NCBI GenBank assembly: GCA_951406725.2
Contig: OX597820.1
Span: 16,368,001 to 16,432,000, forward strand
Reading direction: 5' to 3'
Source: Octopus vulgaris
Taxonomy: Eukaryota
DNA: 64,000 nt
The first letter of the stretch is position 1. The number at the start of each line of letters is the position of its first letter. The translations under genes and the position numbers were made by a program. Below the pieces are notes generated by a model. That model searched no databases. It was not told the DNA's origin and was given only the letters and a program-made list of their open reading frames with translations. This document shows positions 1-13,084 of the stretch, piece after piece.

Positions 1-854
1 TTTTACTAAATTCTTTGTTATATTTAAAGTAATTGAAAGAAACACAGAGCATCTCAAAATAAATACAGTAACAAAACGGTTAAGGGGAACATTTCTTTAC
101 GACTGACCAATTCCGGCTGCTTTTCTTCAAATTTTTGTGCAATGTTTCTAATAGACGACAACGCATATGAAAACATAACTCTTCAATACTACTAAATAAA
201 TATGAGATCCTAGGTACACGCAGCCACTGCTTATCTCATACCTTCAAGTTTTACAATAAATCTAAATGCAACCTAAATCACCACACAGTACAAATCCCGA
301 ACACCCCTTAGGTAATCTCCAGCAACCCTATTTGACTTTTCAGTCTCTCCGTTTTAATTGTTTAATAATACATGTATCCTTGCATATGTATGGATGTCTG
401 TGAGTGTATATATATATATATTAGAAGGTTTGGAGATGATGTACATATTAGAAGAAATGAGGTACTAAAAAATTCGGATGGTTTTATATTTACAGATATT
501 TATTTGTATATTACATGTTTTTATACATCATATATCATATATCATATATCATATATCATATATATTAGCGCTTTCGTCCATTCTAGTGGAATTTTCAAAT
601 TGTATATATATATATACATACATATGTGTGTATATGTACACATGTGTAATGTGTGTATGCATATATCTGGGTGTGTGTACATATATATATATATATATGT
701 ATATATGCATATGGGTTTAAGTCCATAAGTATGAGGGCCTATATAATAGTGCATGTACATACGTATATACGTGTGTGAGCATGCGTGTATATATCAATAT
801 ACTGTTTCGTTTTAGTTTAAAACATCATGGTGGACGGCATCCTTAGTATATACT

Positions 855-1110
855 AATAGACACAGTGTAACATTTTTCGGGTGCAGTCTCGGTTTCGGGA
901 TGGACTCTTCTTTTGCATTGGGTGCTGACCATCGTCGTTACCATTGGCTATGATTATCAAGAACCCACTTTTCATTACTTGTGAGGATTCTACCCAGGAA
1001 AAGATCGGTAGCGAATGTGATCTCGGATGACGAACGGAAGGCAAATCTTTGCTTCAGCTGAGAAGCTCTCAGATGATGAGAGACCCACTGACCAAGTTTA
1101 GACAAAATTT
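855..1110 (-). mobile_element. Decayed mariner transposase fragment
   Basis: Minus strand reads LGQWVSHHL (WVPHxL-like), FLGRILTSNEKWV (TxDEKW-like), then after a stop PKPRLHPKNVTLC (PKPxLHPKKVMLC-like). Confidence 0.75.
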
Positions 1111-1596
1111 CTTTGTTCATGAAAGTGTTTTATGCTCGAAGTTTAACTTGAATTGAACTGTTTTGCTAGTTCTTGTGTAGTTTGATTGGGATTTCCCTCA
1201 ACTACGGTTTTCAGAAATTCAATATTGACAGAACTTGGTCGCGCCCAGGTCAAGGAGAATCAGCGACGGAAATTTTTTTTCTAAGCGGAACTTGCCAAAC
1301 TATTGTTGGCCTCTCCGGACATTTACAGCTTCATTTCCATAGACAAAACGAATATTTTTGGTCGCTTATGTTGTTGAAGGGCTCCTTTTTGAATGCATGG
1401 AGCATGCAATGTTTAATATGGATCTGATCTAAACTCAATTTAAATGAGTAAAATCTATAAGAATTTAACCTCGATAGCACCAAGTAATCTGTAAAGCCAA
1501 AAACATTATAATTGTAAAGTTAATATTTATTTTACCGAAGTATTGAAAAAGTGCTGCCAAAGTGATCATGTCAAAAGGACTTTCTTCCCAACCTAA

Positions 1597-1698
1597 TATT
1601 TATATATATATATATGTATGTATATATATATGTATGTATGTATATATGTATACATATATATGTATGTATGTATATATATATATGTATATATGTATATA

Positions 1699-1758
<60 letters not shown>

Positions 1759-1792
1759 CATACATACATATATATATACATATATACATACA

Positions 1793-1828
<36 letters not shown>

Positions 1829-1837
1829 CATACATAT

Positions 1838-1894
<57 letters not shown>

Positions 1895-1941
1895 TACATA
1901 CACACACACATGCATACATATATATATACATACATATATAC
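1597..1941. repeat. Compound (TA)n/(TATG)n/(TACA)n microsatellite, representative of dozens in the window (e.g. 2958-3550, 4445-4570, 11690-11960, 17818-17897, 22437-22525, 31120-31185, 62770-62990)
   Basis: Read directly; these tracts account for most YI/CV/HT-rich ORFs in the track. Confidence 0.97.
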
Positions 1942-1994
1942 AATGGGTTTCTTTCAGTTTCCGAGTTCCAAATCCACTCACAAGTCTGGATTAC

Positions 1995-2345
1995 CGTCTT
2001 TTAGTCGAGCGAATCGACCTAAGGACTTATTCTTTGGAAGCCTAGTACTTATTCTATCGGTCTGTTTTGCCGAACCGCTATGTTACGGGGACGTAAACAG
2101 ACCCCCATCGGTTGTCAAGCGATGTTGGTGGGGAGACAAACACAGACACACAAACACACACACACACATATACATACATACATATATACGACGGGCTTCT
2201 TTCAGTTTCCGTCTACCAAATCCACTCACAGGGCTTTGGTCGGGCCGATGCTATAGTAGAAGACACTTGCACAAGGTGCCATGCAGTGGGACTGAACTCG
2301 GAACCGTGTGGTTGGTAAGCAAGCTACTTACCACACAGCCAATCC
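1995..2345 (-). mobile_element. SINE family A (tRNA-derived head, internal microsatellite)
   Basis: Reverse complement of GGCTGTGTGGTAAGTAGCTTGCTTACCAACCAC..GGTTCCGAGTTCAGTCCC..CCTTGxGCAAGTG..GAAGCCCGTCG-(microsatellite)-..GACTAAAAG; a partial copy lies at about 1940-1985. Confidence 0.9.
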
Positions 2346-3134
2346 ATATAAAAAGTGTGTCATCCTCAATAGAATTTCTTAATTTGTCGTACACGTATAT
2401 TTTAGTTAACATTTTAATTGCCAGAATCAGCACCCGGTATGCATTTAAGACATAGTACGGTAGGGTAGGGTACTAAGATATTTTAAATGAGGAGAGCGGT
2501 CGATGCGGAAGAAGAAATGCCTAAAGAGGGTCGATGGTCGAAAAAGTTTGGCCAGCCCCGGATTAATCGCTACAAATAACTGAAAGGGAGATAAGCAAAT
2601 AATCGCCACCGAAGCAAAATAAAGAAAATACTATGAATGGAAGTAGACAAGTTCGATGGTTATTTCCCCTCTTTTACTAGAAAACAAGCAAAAATTAAAA
2701 AAAATAAACTAGCAAAAAGTTTAATGCGCGTGCGGAACTATTATTAAATAACATACGTTCTAATTTCAGGTTTAAGACTACGTAACTATATTTAGATATG
2801 TACATATCTATCTATTTATCTATTTATCTATCTATCTGTCTGTCTGTCTAAATATTCGTGTATGTTCTTCCCGAGCATCAAATTAATACATTTGCACGTT
2901 GTTCCCTCACCTGTCTTGGGGATTTTTTGTTTGTTTTATTTTCTGTAAATTTTAACTATACATACATACATACATACATACATACATACATACATACATA
3001 CGTACATACATACATAAATACATACATACGTACAAACATACATACATACATACAAATGCGCACGCACACACACAAACATACACACACATGTAAGAATGTA
3101 TGTGTGTGTGTGTGTAAGTATGTATGCAAGTATG

Positions 3135-3197
<63 letters not shown>

Positions 3198-3245
3198 GTA
3201 TATATATACATGTATGTATATATATATATATATATGTGTGTGTGT

Positions 3246-3279
<34 letters not shown>

Positions 3280-3289
3280 CCTATGGATG

Positions 3290-3336
<47 letters not shown>

Positions 3337-3410
3337 GCACACAAGCATACATACATATACAGTGTGTGTATATATGTGTGTGTGGTATGTGTGTATGTAT
3401 GCGCATATAT

Positions 3411-3459
<49 letters not shown>

Positions 3460-3481
3460 CATACATACATACATACATACA

Positions 3482-3514
<33 letters not shown>

Positions 3515-4169
3515 GCATACATACGCATATGTGTATACACACACACACACACTTTATTGACTAGTGTACAAGTCGGGCTTCTGTACAAGTCACGCCCCTA
3601 AATTAGTGTTAAAATTTTAGTAGAAAATCTTTCCGTTTCTGTTCAAACTATGTTATCGGTTTTGCTTCATGTAAAAATCGATTTCTCCCACCACACATTT
3701 CTTTCTTCTCTTTTCATTTCAGTTAAAATCACAGCAAAAACTCGAATAAATACACTACCTGCCGATACATCAAATCACAAATTACAATATTAAGATTCAA
3801 AGCAAACCTCACTTGACAAAAGGAAAAAAAAAACAGAAAAACTTCAAAAAAAAAATTCGAACTTAATAGTCTCCCTTTAACCATCGGATGTCTCGTAACT
3901 AGCTCGGCGCTAAACAGGTTTATATAATAGATCTTTGGACATGTTTTGTGTTGGTGTGTGTGTGTGTACGCGTATACAACTATATAGAGAGAGATTTCTA
4001 TTGAAACTATCTCGTTTACATATATTGAGGTGTCTTTTCTCATTCGATCACCATTCATAACACACCTCTATGTATGTTTGAATGTATGTATGTATGTATG
4101 TATGTATGTATGTATGTATGTATGTATGTATATGTATATGTATATCAATCTATCTATCTATCTATCTAA

Positions 4170-4253
<84 letters not shown>

Positions 4254-4255
<2 letters not shown>

Positions 4256-4398
4256 GCATATTTGCCATTTGAATATGGCTAGCCCCTAAGGGTGGATGCT
4301 ACTGTAGTTTGTAGCCCCAGGAAGATACCTCCTGGGGCTACAAACTACAGTAGCATCCACCCTTAGGGGTTAGCCATATTCAAATGGCAAATATGCGT
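4254..4398. repeat. Near-perfect palindrome, 69-bp arms and 7-nt loop; inverted Penelope-type pLTR tail
   Basis: Arms 4254-4322 and 4330-4398 differ by one G.T pair; the right arm is homologous to 24284-24361, which lies just downstream of a hammerhead motif. Confidence 0.9.
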
Positions 4399-4468
4399 CA
4401 CGATGTGTTACCGCTACTGTTTATAACTCGCTCTGAGATTTATCATTATATATATATATATATATATC

Positions 4469-4572
<104 letters not shown>

Positions 4573-4575
4573 CAC

Positions 4576-4667
4576 GTGGAGGCGCAATGGCCCAGTGGTT
4601 AGGGCAGTGGACTTGCGGCTGTAGGATCGCGGTTTCGATTCCCAGACCGGCCATTGTGAGTGTTTAT
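4576..4667 (+). mobile_element. Truncated SINE family C-related tRNA-like head
   Basis: GTGGAGGCGCAATGGCCCAGTGGTTAG (A box) and GGTTTCGATTCCC (B box); similar to the full copies at 6329 and 10672. Confidence 0.75.
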
Positions 4668-4867
4668 TTTGTTGGCTTAGCGTCATTTGATGCCTAAAAC
4701 AGTGCGAAACGCATTGTGACCTGCGATGTGACCTGCGATGTGACCTGCGATGTGTAGCAACATCTGATAGCCTGGTCGGTCACGGTGATCACAGTGATAT
4801 GTATGCACATACATACACACATACATACACATACATACATACATACATACACACATACATACTTATG

Positions 4868-5160
4868 TATGATGCGAATGTCTCTTCGAAAATCAAAGAG
4901 GTAAAGGATAACTATGGACAGCTGCTTCGATACCTTCAACTTCTACACACAGATTATAAATTCATGATTTCCCCAATTATATTTGGCGCGCTTTGTTTTG
5001 TGTGTAATTGCTCCAGTGATAATCTGGATAAGCTAGGGTCTTCACAAACGAAATCTACCATCAACCTCGCACATTGCCAATACAATCTGTAAGGGGAACG
5101 GTATAAATGTGCAAGACTTTTCTCAAGTTCAACCTGTGAATTTGTTTTTGTTATCAACAT
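4868..5160 (+). mobile_element. 3' fragment of an REL-type (R4-like) non-LTR retrotransposon
   Basis: Translation DANVSSKIKEVKDNYGQLLRYLQLLHTDYKFMISPIIFGAL matches the REL C-terminal DxN..K..KY..L..PIIxGALG pattern. Confidence 0.65.
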
Positions 5161-5298
5161 TGCAACGACTAAGTTTAGTACGTTTGTTCGAAACCAGCTC
5201 CTTCCTTACATGAAGACTTGAAGTAATTAAAAACAGAAGAGAGCTCAAATACACACGCACACACATACACACACTAACACACACACACTCACCTCTCA

Positions 5299-5371
<73 letters not shown>

Positions 5372-5721
5372 ATGCATACAATTTTTTATCTTGTCCCATT
5401 AGACGAAAAGTTTGTCGGATTTCTTGATACTTTAGAGATTGGAATCGAACAGTCGTTGTTGATCTGGAACACACAAGTAAGTAAAAAGTAAGCACAAAGA
5501 CCCATATATCAAAGAAACACATAAACTTACTAAACGAGCGCTAGTGCATTCCCAGATATATAGATACCTTCAAACTAACCGCAGACATTCACATGTATCT
5601 ACACGCAAACCATCAGTCACGTGTTCCCAATTTCCTGGAACCGTTTTGATTCAAACAAGGAAGCTTTGTCCCTTTGGTAGTAACCATCATTAATTCTGTG
5701 AGAAAGCTAAACGATTGGCGT

Positions 5722-6131
5722 AAGAGTGGCTGTTTGGTAAGTAGCTTGCTTTCCAACCACCTGGTTCTGGGTTCAGTCCCACTGCGTGGCACCTTGGGCA
5801 AGTGTCTTCTACTATAGCCTCAGGCCGATCAAAGCCTTGTGAGTGGATTTGGTAGACGGAAACTGAAAGAAGCCCGCCGTATATATGTATGTATATATGT
5901 ATGTGAGCGTGTGTGTTTGTGTGCCTGTGTTTGTCCCCACCCCCCTCCAACATCGCTTGACAACCGATGCTGGTGTGTTTTCATCCCCGTAACTTAGCAG
6001 TTCGGCAAAAGAGACCGATAGAATAAGTACTAGGCTTATAAAGAATAAGTCCTGGGGTCGATTTGCCCGTCTAAATGCGGTGCTCTAGCATGGCCGCAGT
6101 CAAATGACTGAAACAAGTAAAAGAGTAAAAG
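5722..6131 (+). mobile_element. SINE family A
   Basis: Head, internal TA/TG tract and 3' tail ..GACTGAAACAAGTAAAAGAGTAAAAG all present. Confidence 0.92.
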
Positions 6132-6328
6132 AAGGACTATAAATCCTATACGGGACTCCATCACCTTTGATAAAGAATAAATTAATGCGATGGGTCGGTA
6201 ATTAACGGTAGGATAACAGCAATTGTTCCTGGAAATGATACACCGCTGCAGCTTATCTCAAATGATTTAGGTTACCGCGTCTGACTACGAGAGAGACAGG
6301 GGCGTTTGGTGAGGATATGGAACCACCT

Positions 6329-6628
6329 GTGGAGGCACATGGCCTAGTCGTTAGCGCAGCGGACACGCGGTCGAGGAATCGCGGGTTCGAATATCAGATC
6401 GGGTGATGTGTGTGTTTATGAGCGAAACACCTAAGCTCCACGCGGCTCCGGCAGAAGGTAATGGCGAACTTCTACTGACTCTTTCGCCACAACTTTCCCT
6501 CACTCTTTCCTCCTGCATCTTGCATCTCACCTGCGACGGACCGGCATCTCGTCCAGGTGGGGAAGCTATACGCCAAGGAAACCGGGAAACCGGCCCTTAT
6601 GAGGCATGGCTCGAAATAGGAACAAACA
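6329..6628 (+). mobile_element. SINE family C (tRNA-Arg-like head), full length with TSD
   Basis: A box TGGCCTAGTCGTTAG, B box GGGTTCGAATATC; 14-bp TSD ATATGGAACCACCT at 6315-6328 and 6629-6642. Confidence 0.92.
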
Positions 6629-7641
6629 ATATGGAACCACCTATACACCTCGTTCGACCAGAGCGTAGTGGAAGGGACACTACCTACAAGGTAGTTGATT
6701 TAAAGTTAATAGCCACTCATAGTCGTAGGAGTGGCTGTGTGGTAAGTAGCTTGCTTACGAACCTCATGGTTCTGGGTTCAGACCCACTTTGTGACACCTT
6801 GGGCGAGTGTCTTCTACTATAGCCTCGGTGGGGAAGCTATACGCCAAGGAAACCGGGAAACCGGCCCTTATGAGGCATGGCTCGAAATAGGAACAAACAA
6901 TATGGAACCACCTATACACCTCGTTCGACCAGAGCGTAGTGGAAGGGACACTACCTACAAGGTAGTTGATTTAAAGTTAATAGCCACTCATAGTCGTAGG
7001 AGTGGCTGTGTGGTAAGTAGCTTGCTTACGAACCTCATGGTTCTGGGTTCAGACCCACTTTGTGACACCTTGGGCGAGTGTCTTCTACTATAGCCTCGGT
7101 GGGGAAGCTATACGCCAAGGAAACCGGGAAACCGGCCCTTATGAGGCATGGCTCGAAATAGGAACAAACAATATGGAACCACCTATACACCTCGTTCGAC
7201 CAGAGCGTAGTGGAAGGGACACTACCTACAAGGTAGTTGATTTAAAGTTAATAGCCACTCATAGTCGTAGGAGTGGCTGTGTGGTAAGTAGCTTGCTTAC
7301 GAACCTCATGGTTCTGGGTTCAGACCCACTTTGTGACACCTTGGGCGAGTGTCTTCTACTATAGCCTCGGTGGGGAAGCTATACGCCAAGGAAACCGGGA
7401 AACCGGCCCTTATGAGGCATGGCTCGAAATAGGAACAAACAATATGGAACCACCTATACACCTCGTTCGACCAGAGCGTAGTGGAAGGGACACTACCTAC
7501 AAGGTAGTTGATTTAAAGTTAATAGCCACTCATAGTCGTAGGAGTGGCTGTGTGGTAAGTAGCTTGCTTACGAACCTCATGGTTCTGGGTTCAGACCCAC
7601 TTTGTGACACCTTGGGCGAGTGTCTTCTACTATAGCCTCGG
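6556..7641 (+). repeat. Four identical 271-bp tandem units (SINE-C tail + unique spacer + SINE-A head)
   Basis: Units start at 6556, 6827, 7098 and 7369; identical 100-aa ORFs at 271-bp offsets confirm the period; GG microhomology at the junction. Confidence 0.97.
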
Positions 7642-7703
7642 GTCGACCAAAGCCTTGTGAATGGATTTGGTAGACGGAAACTGAACGAAGCCCGTCGTAT
7701 GAC

Positions 7704-7770
<67 letters not shown>

Positions 7771-7958
7771 TGTGTCTGTGTTAGTCCCCCAACATCGCTT
7801 GACAACTGATGCTGGTGTCTTTACGTCCCCATAACTTAACGGTTCGGCAAAAGAGACCGATAGAATAAGTACTAGGTTTACAAAGAATAAGTCCTGGGGT
7901 CGATTTGCTCGGCTAAAGGCTGTGCTCCAGCATGGCCACGGTCAAAAGAGTAAAAGAG
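7535..7958 (+). mobile_element. SINE family A (completes the last tandem unit)
   Basis: Head continues into body, (TG)n insert and tail. Confidence 0.9.
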
Positions 7959-8528
7959 GTGTTGTGTTGCATTTGGTGCGTAGTGATAAGCTTGCTGGGG
8001 AATGCAGGAATAGTTTTTGAGAAACGGGGGCATCAAGTGTGGAATATCACTAACTGAACCATGAAGCTTGAGAACTGAACAGGAGGAGAATTTCACGAAG
8101 TTGATGGACATTCTTTCAGCAAAGAATCAAAAGTATCGGCTGCAATTGAGAGGCAATGATTGCGTTTTGTATGAAGGCAGTGGTCAGTTTGTAAGGGTAT
8201 TTCGTTTTCTGATAGCGTTGTAATCTGGTGGAGGGTTTGTTGTTTTGGTGGAGGATTTTGCGGGTTATGCAAATAATCCCTACTGCATATGACTATAAGA
8301 AAATGGGGTTTTTTTCATTCTTGAAGTCAAATTGGTAAGAGTTCGATAATGGTTACTTCTGACCAGAGAGCGGTGAGCAATTAATTCTGTCACACTGGCA
8401 TAAATTACATAAAGACAGGACGATCAAATAGGTAACGTTAGTTTTACGGTGAAATGCCAGACATCTTATACCTCATCTGAAGAATCGATTGTAGGAAATT
8501 TGTTTCAGGTATGTATAATTATAATTTT

Positions 8529-8594
<66 letters not shown>

Positions 8595-8699
8595 ACATTT
8601 ACACAAACATACACATAAATAATTACATACACATAAATAATTACATACACATACATAATTACATACATACATAAATTAATTTTAAAATTTAGCATGAGG

Positions 8700-9041
8700 G
8701 CGGGAGTAAGTCGATTACATCGACCCCCCCCCCCCCCAGTGCTCGACTGGTACCTCGAAAGGATGAAAGATAGAATTTGAACTCAGAACGTAGCGGCAGA
8801 CGAAATACCTATTTCTTTACTACCCACAAGGGGCTACACACAGAGGGGACAAACAAGGACAGACAAACGGATTAAGTCGATTATATCGACCCCAGTGTGT
8901 AACTGGTACTTATTTAAACGACCCCGAAAGGATGAAAGGCAAAGTTGACCTCGGCGGAATTTGAACTCAGAACGTAACGGCAGAGGAAATGCCGCTAAGC
9001 ATTTCGCCCGGCGTACTAACGTTTCTGCTAGCTCGCCGCCT
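8700..9041 (-). mobile_element. SINE family B, nested/dimeric
   Basis: Reverse complement of GGCGGCGAGCTAGCAGAAACGTTAG..GAGTTCAAATTC..GCCTTTCATCCTTTCGGGGTCG..; the tail AAAGAAATA joins GGTATTTCGTCTGCC of a second copy. Confidence 0.88.
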
Positions 9042-9204
9042 TACATGCATACACAGACATTGACTACATAATTATACACACACACGTAATTACATATATA
9101 TGAGCGTGTATATAAAAACAGACCCTACACACTTCTGACAAGTATATATGGAACACTGTTTTAATTTCGTACGGAACAACACACATACACACACACATAT
9201 GAAG

Positions 9205-10105
9205 AGAGTGCGAGACATAGGAAGAGATAGAGAGAGGGGGTAGAAGAAGTGAGAGAGACTGAAAGAGAGAGAGACTGAAAGAGGGAGAGAGACTGAAAGA
9301 GGGAGAGAGACTGAAAGAGAGAGAGAGATACATAGGAAGTGATAGAGAAAGGGGGTAGAAGAAGTGAGAGAGACTGAAAGAGAGAGAGAGACATAGGAAG
9401 AGATAGTGAGAGGGGGTAGAAGAAGTGAGAGAGACTGAAAGAGAGAGAGAGACTGAAAGAGAGAGAGACTGAAAGAGAGAGAGAGACATAGGAAGAGATA
9501 GAGAGAGGGGGTAGAAGAAGTGAGAGAGACTGAAAGAGAGAGAGAGACATAGGAAGAGATAGTGAGAGGGGGTAGAAGAAGTGAGAGAGACTGAAAGAGA
9601 GAGAGAGACTGAAAGAGAGAGAGACTGAAAGAGAGAGAGAGACATAGGAAGAGATAGAGAGAGGGGGTAGAAGAAGTGAGAGAGACTGAAAGAGAGAGAG
9701 AGACTGAAAGAGGGAGAGAGACTGAAAGAGGGAGAGAGACTGAAAGAGGGAGAGAGACTGAAAGAGGGAGAGAGACTGAAAGAGAGAGAGAGACATAGGA
9801 AGAGATAGAGAAAGGGGGTAGAAGAAGTGAGAGAGACTGAAAGAGAGAGAGAGACATAGGAAGAGATAGAGAGAGGGGGTAGAAGAAGTGAGAGAGACTG
9901 AAAGAGAGAGAGAGACTGAAAGAGAGAGAGAGACTGAAAGAGAGAGAGAGACATAGGAAGAGATAGAGAGAGGGGGTAGAAGAAGTGAGAGAGACTGAAA
10001 GAGAGAGAGAGACTGAAAGAGAGAGAGAGACTGAAAGAGAGAGAGAGAGACTGAAAGAGGGAGAGAGAGAGAGACTGTGAGACAGACAGACAGACAGACA
10101 GACAG
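9205..10105 (+). repeat. Polypurine compound minisatellite with higher-order arrangement
   Basis: Alternating modules GACATAGGAAGAGATAGAGAGAGGGGGTAGAAGAAGTGA and (GAGACTGAAAGAGAGA)1-5; source of the SL-rich minus-strand ORFs. Confidence 0.95.
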
Positions 10106-10671
10106 AAATATAGAGATATATTCAAATAACACATTTGACATATATCCTGCGGCACAAGAGTCTTTCAGCAATACCATCACCACAAGGCATCGAACCAGAG
10201 AACAACAAGCTCAGCAGCCGTAGAAAATCGCTATTCACGACTCAACGATGCCTGATCGACCATTTCCATTCTCTAGAAAGACATCCTGACGGCTCGTTTG
10301 GCTGGAACTGAGATTTAAAGAGCAGAAATCACCATCTTCAAACACATTAACTGATTTGGTGATTTAATTCCGGAGACAATTGGCCCAGTGATTATGAATA
10401 GACGTATATAACGCTATAATAATCTCATAGATATATCTTCTAATGGATATAAATGTAAATATAAACCTATAATGCTTGTTTGTTGCTTTTTTTTTTTTTT
10501 GTACTTCATCTGAAACTAACTAAATCGTTAGCTATCTACGCCATTTGCAATCTATAATTTATTTTCAATGTGATAAATCTATATTTTGGTAACTACGACT
10601 AACCCGCTTCTAGCACAAAGGCACGTTCTATGATCTGTTTAGCTTTTTATTCATATTCTGTAAATGTTCTA

Positions 10672-10952
10672 GTGGAGGCACATGGCCTAGTGGTTAGAGC
10701 AGCGGACTCGCGGTCGAGGGATCACGGGTTCGAATCTCAGACCGGGCGATGTGTGTGTGTGTATGAGCGAAACACCTAAGCTCCACGCGGCTCCGGCAGA
10801 AGGTAATGGCGAAACTTCTGCTGACTCTTTCGCCGCAACTTTCTCTCACTCTTTCCTCTTGCGGCGTCGCGTCCAGGTAGGGGAACCTATACACCAAGGA
10901 AACTGGGAAACCGGCCCTTATGAGCCAGGCATGGCTCGAGAAGGAACAAACA
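10672..10952 (+). mobile_element. SINE family C with TSD
   Basis: Head TGGCCTAGTGGTTAGAGCAGCGGACTCGCGG (TCG anticodon-like) and GGTTCGAATC; TSD TAAAT(G/A)TTCTA at 10661-10671 and 10953-10963. Confidence 0.92.
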
Positions 10953-11100
10953 TAAATATTCTAGATTGCTCTTGTTGTAGTTGTTGTTGTTGTTGTTGTT
11001 GTTGCTGCTGCTGTTCTGAGTTCAAATCCCGTCGAGGTTGACTTTGCTTTTCCGTTCATCCTTCGTGAGTCGATAAACTAAACTATGTATCAAATACTCG

Positions 11101-11216
11101 TGGCACTCCGTCGGTTACGACGACGAGGGTTCCTGTTGATCCGATCAACGGAACAGCCTGCTCGTGAAGTTAACATGCATGTGGCTGAGCACTCCACAGA
11201 CACATGTATCCTTAAT
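11101..11216 (-). mobile_element. 3' fragment of SINE family D
   Basis: Reverse complement of the 3' part of the copies at 29155 and 40699 (..CACGAGCAGGCTGTTCC..CCCTCGTCGTC..CGGAGTGCCA). Confidence 0.8.
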
Positions 11217-11312
11217 TGGCCCTAACTGGAGTTTCTCCTTATCAGGAGGACTGTATCATTTATTCACACTATTTACATTTCACATTATATTTGTCCTCAT
11301 CTTGTTTGTTGT

Positions 11313-11356
11313 TAAAACATTTCGGCTGATATACTCTCTAGCCTTCATCAGGTGTT
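11313..11356 (-). ncRNA. Degenerate minimal type I hammerhead ribozyme in a Penelope-like pLTR fragment (about 11255-11400)
   Basis: Minus strand AACAC-CUGAUGA-A-GGCU-agagaguauauc-AGCC-GAAA-UG-UU; core and stem II intact, stems I and III eroded. The downstream AACAAGATGAGGACAAATAT recurs at 17271 and in the 16985 palindrome. Confidence 0.6.
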
Positions 11357-11417
11357 CTGGGAAAATTTCGAACCTGGGTTCTCATTCCTAGGGTATTTTT
11401 TGATGTTATTGTTGTTG

Positions 11418-11463
<46 letters not shown>

Positions 11464-12361
11464 CATACATATATGCGTACACGCACGCGCGCACACACAC
11501 ACACACACACACGCACACTCAGAGTCCTCTCATTCTAATGTCAAAGCTCACAACATTGGAAGGCATCCTATTTATTCTATGTATCCCAGCCTCTCTCACA
11601 TGACTTGACGAAGGAAACGTATTTACTTCCCCTTCGGAACCAACAACGGATACATACCTACATACACACACATAGTTTACTTGTACGCATGTATATATAT
11701 ATATATATATATGTACGTATGTATGTATTATGTATGTATGTATGTATGTATGGATGGATGGATGGATGGATGGATGGATGGATGTATGTATGTATGTATG
11801 TATGGATGGATGGATGGATGGATGGATGGATGGATGTATGTATGTATGTATGTATGTATGGATGGATGGATGGATGGATGTATGTATGTATGTATGTATG
11901 TATGTATGTATGTATGTATGTATGTATGTATTATGTATGTATGTATTATGTATGTGTGTGTGTGCCAGTTTGTAGTATATACAAAAATGTTTTCTTTGAG
12001 TTCTTCTTCGTCTATATATATAATATGGACTCTGTATTCTCCATTCGACAGCTGTTGTTGCACAATAATTCAGACCACCCGGATAAAAAAAAAAAAAAAG
12101 AAAGAAAAAAAAAATAGTATATCTTCTTGATCGAAATACTTTGAATAAAATATTTGTTACCCATAATTTTTATGCTTCTCTGATCAATTAAGTTCTTTCT
12201 ATGGAGTGTGGTGATATTTGCATCTCCTGTTTCCTGCGGAACCTCGACCAATGCTTCGATATTTCAATATCATCTCAGTAAGCGTGTGAGCTTGTATACG
12301 TGTGTGTGTGTGTATATGTATGTATATCTGTACATATGCATATATATACATACATATATAC

Positions 12362-12411
<50 letters not shown>

Positions 12412-12598
12412 ATTATACATAGAAATATGTGTGTGTGTATAGTGTATACATACATACTTATATCTATCTATCTACCTGTCTATATATCTATCTCTCATAT
12501 ATATATCTATTGCAGTTATACATACAAAAATATGTGACTGTAGCACACACATATATATATATATGTATGTGTGTGTGTTTGTGTGGGTGTGTCTCTCC

Positions 12599-12650
<52 letters not shown>

Positions 12651-13084
12651 ATATGTATGTATGTATGCATGTATGTGTGTATATATGTATGTATGTATGT
12701 ATATCTTGTTCATAGAAATGCTACAATTCAGATCTCGAAAACACGATATCTCTCTCTTAGGACTGTCTCAGATGTATTTCCTTTTTATTTTACATATCCT
12801 GTTGCACCCACACACACTCACCCATACGCATGCGCCCGCACACACAAGGTTCCCGGCTTTTTTTTTTTTTTTTCTTTTTTGTAACGTGGAAATTGCGTTA
12901 GAATAATGGCAAGAAGCCGTACAAACCCAGGAGAATAAAACAGCGTTTAGAAACGAAAGAAACGGATTTGTGTACGAAGACTGGATTCGAAACGAAGTCT
13001 TTTGAGTCTTAATCTTAAAAATCTGAATCAAAATAACCTTCCATTATGATGGTTCGGGTAGATTTCGTACGTACGTCGTTGGAA

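Noticed and set aside
1-83. Possible piggyBac-like MITE end (..AACGGTTAA)
   Set aside because: Only one end is visible and the TIR is imperfect, so it cannot be supported within the window.
1562-2455. 297-aa ORF and the other YI/HT/CV-rich ORFs
   Set aside because: Microsatellite and SINE read-through.
6590-6625. Hammerhead-like CTTATGAGGCATGGCTCGAAATAGG in each tandem unit
   Set aside because: The core is not CUGANGA, and other SINE-C copies read GAGCCAGGCATGGCTCGAGAAGG, an ordinary tail stem-loop.
6403-7635. Four similar 100-139 aa ORFs resembling a tandem gene family
   Set aside because: They are translations of the 271-bp SINE-chimera repeat with no protein motif.
9064-10183. Long 255-363 aa ORFs
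   Set aside because: Open in all three minus frames because of the pyrimidine-rich minisatellite.
10672-10745. tRNA-Arg(TCG) gene
   Set aside because: The acceptor stem does not pair, and it continues into a SINE body with tail and TSD.
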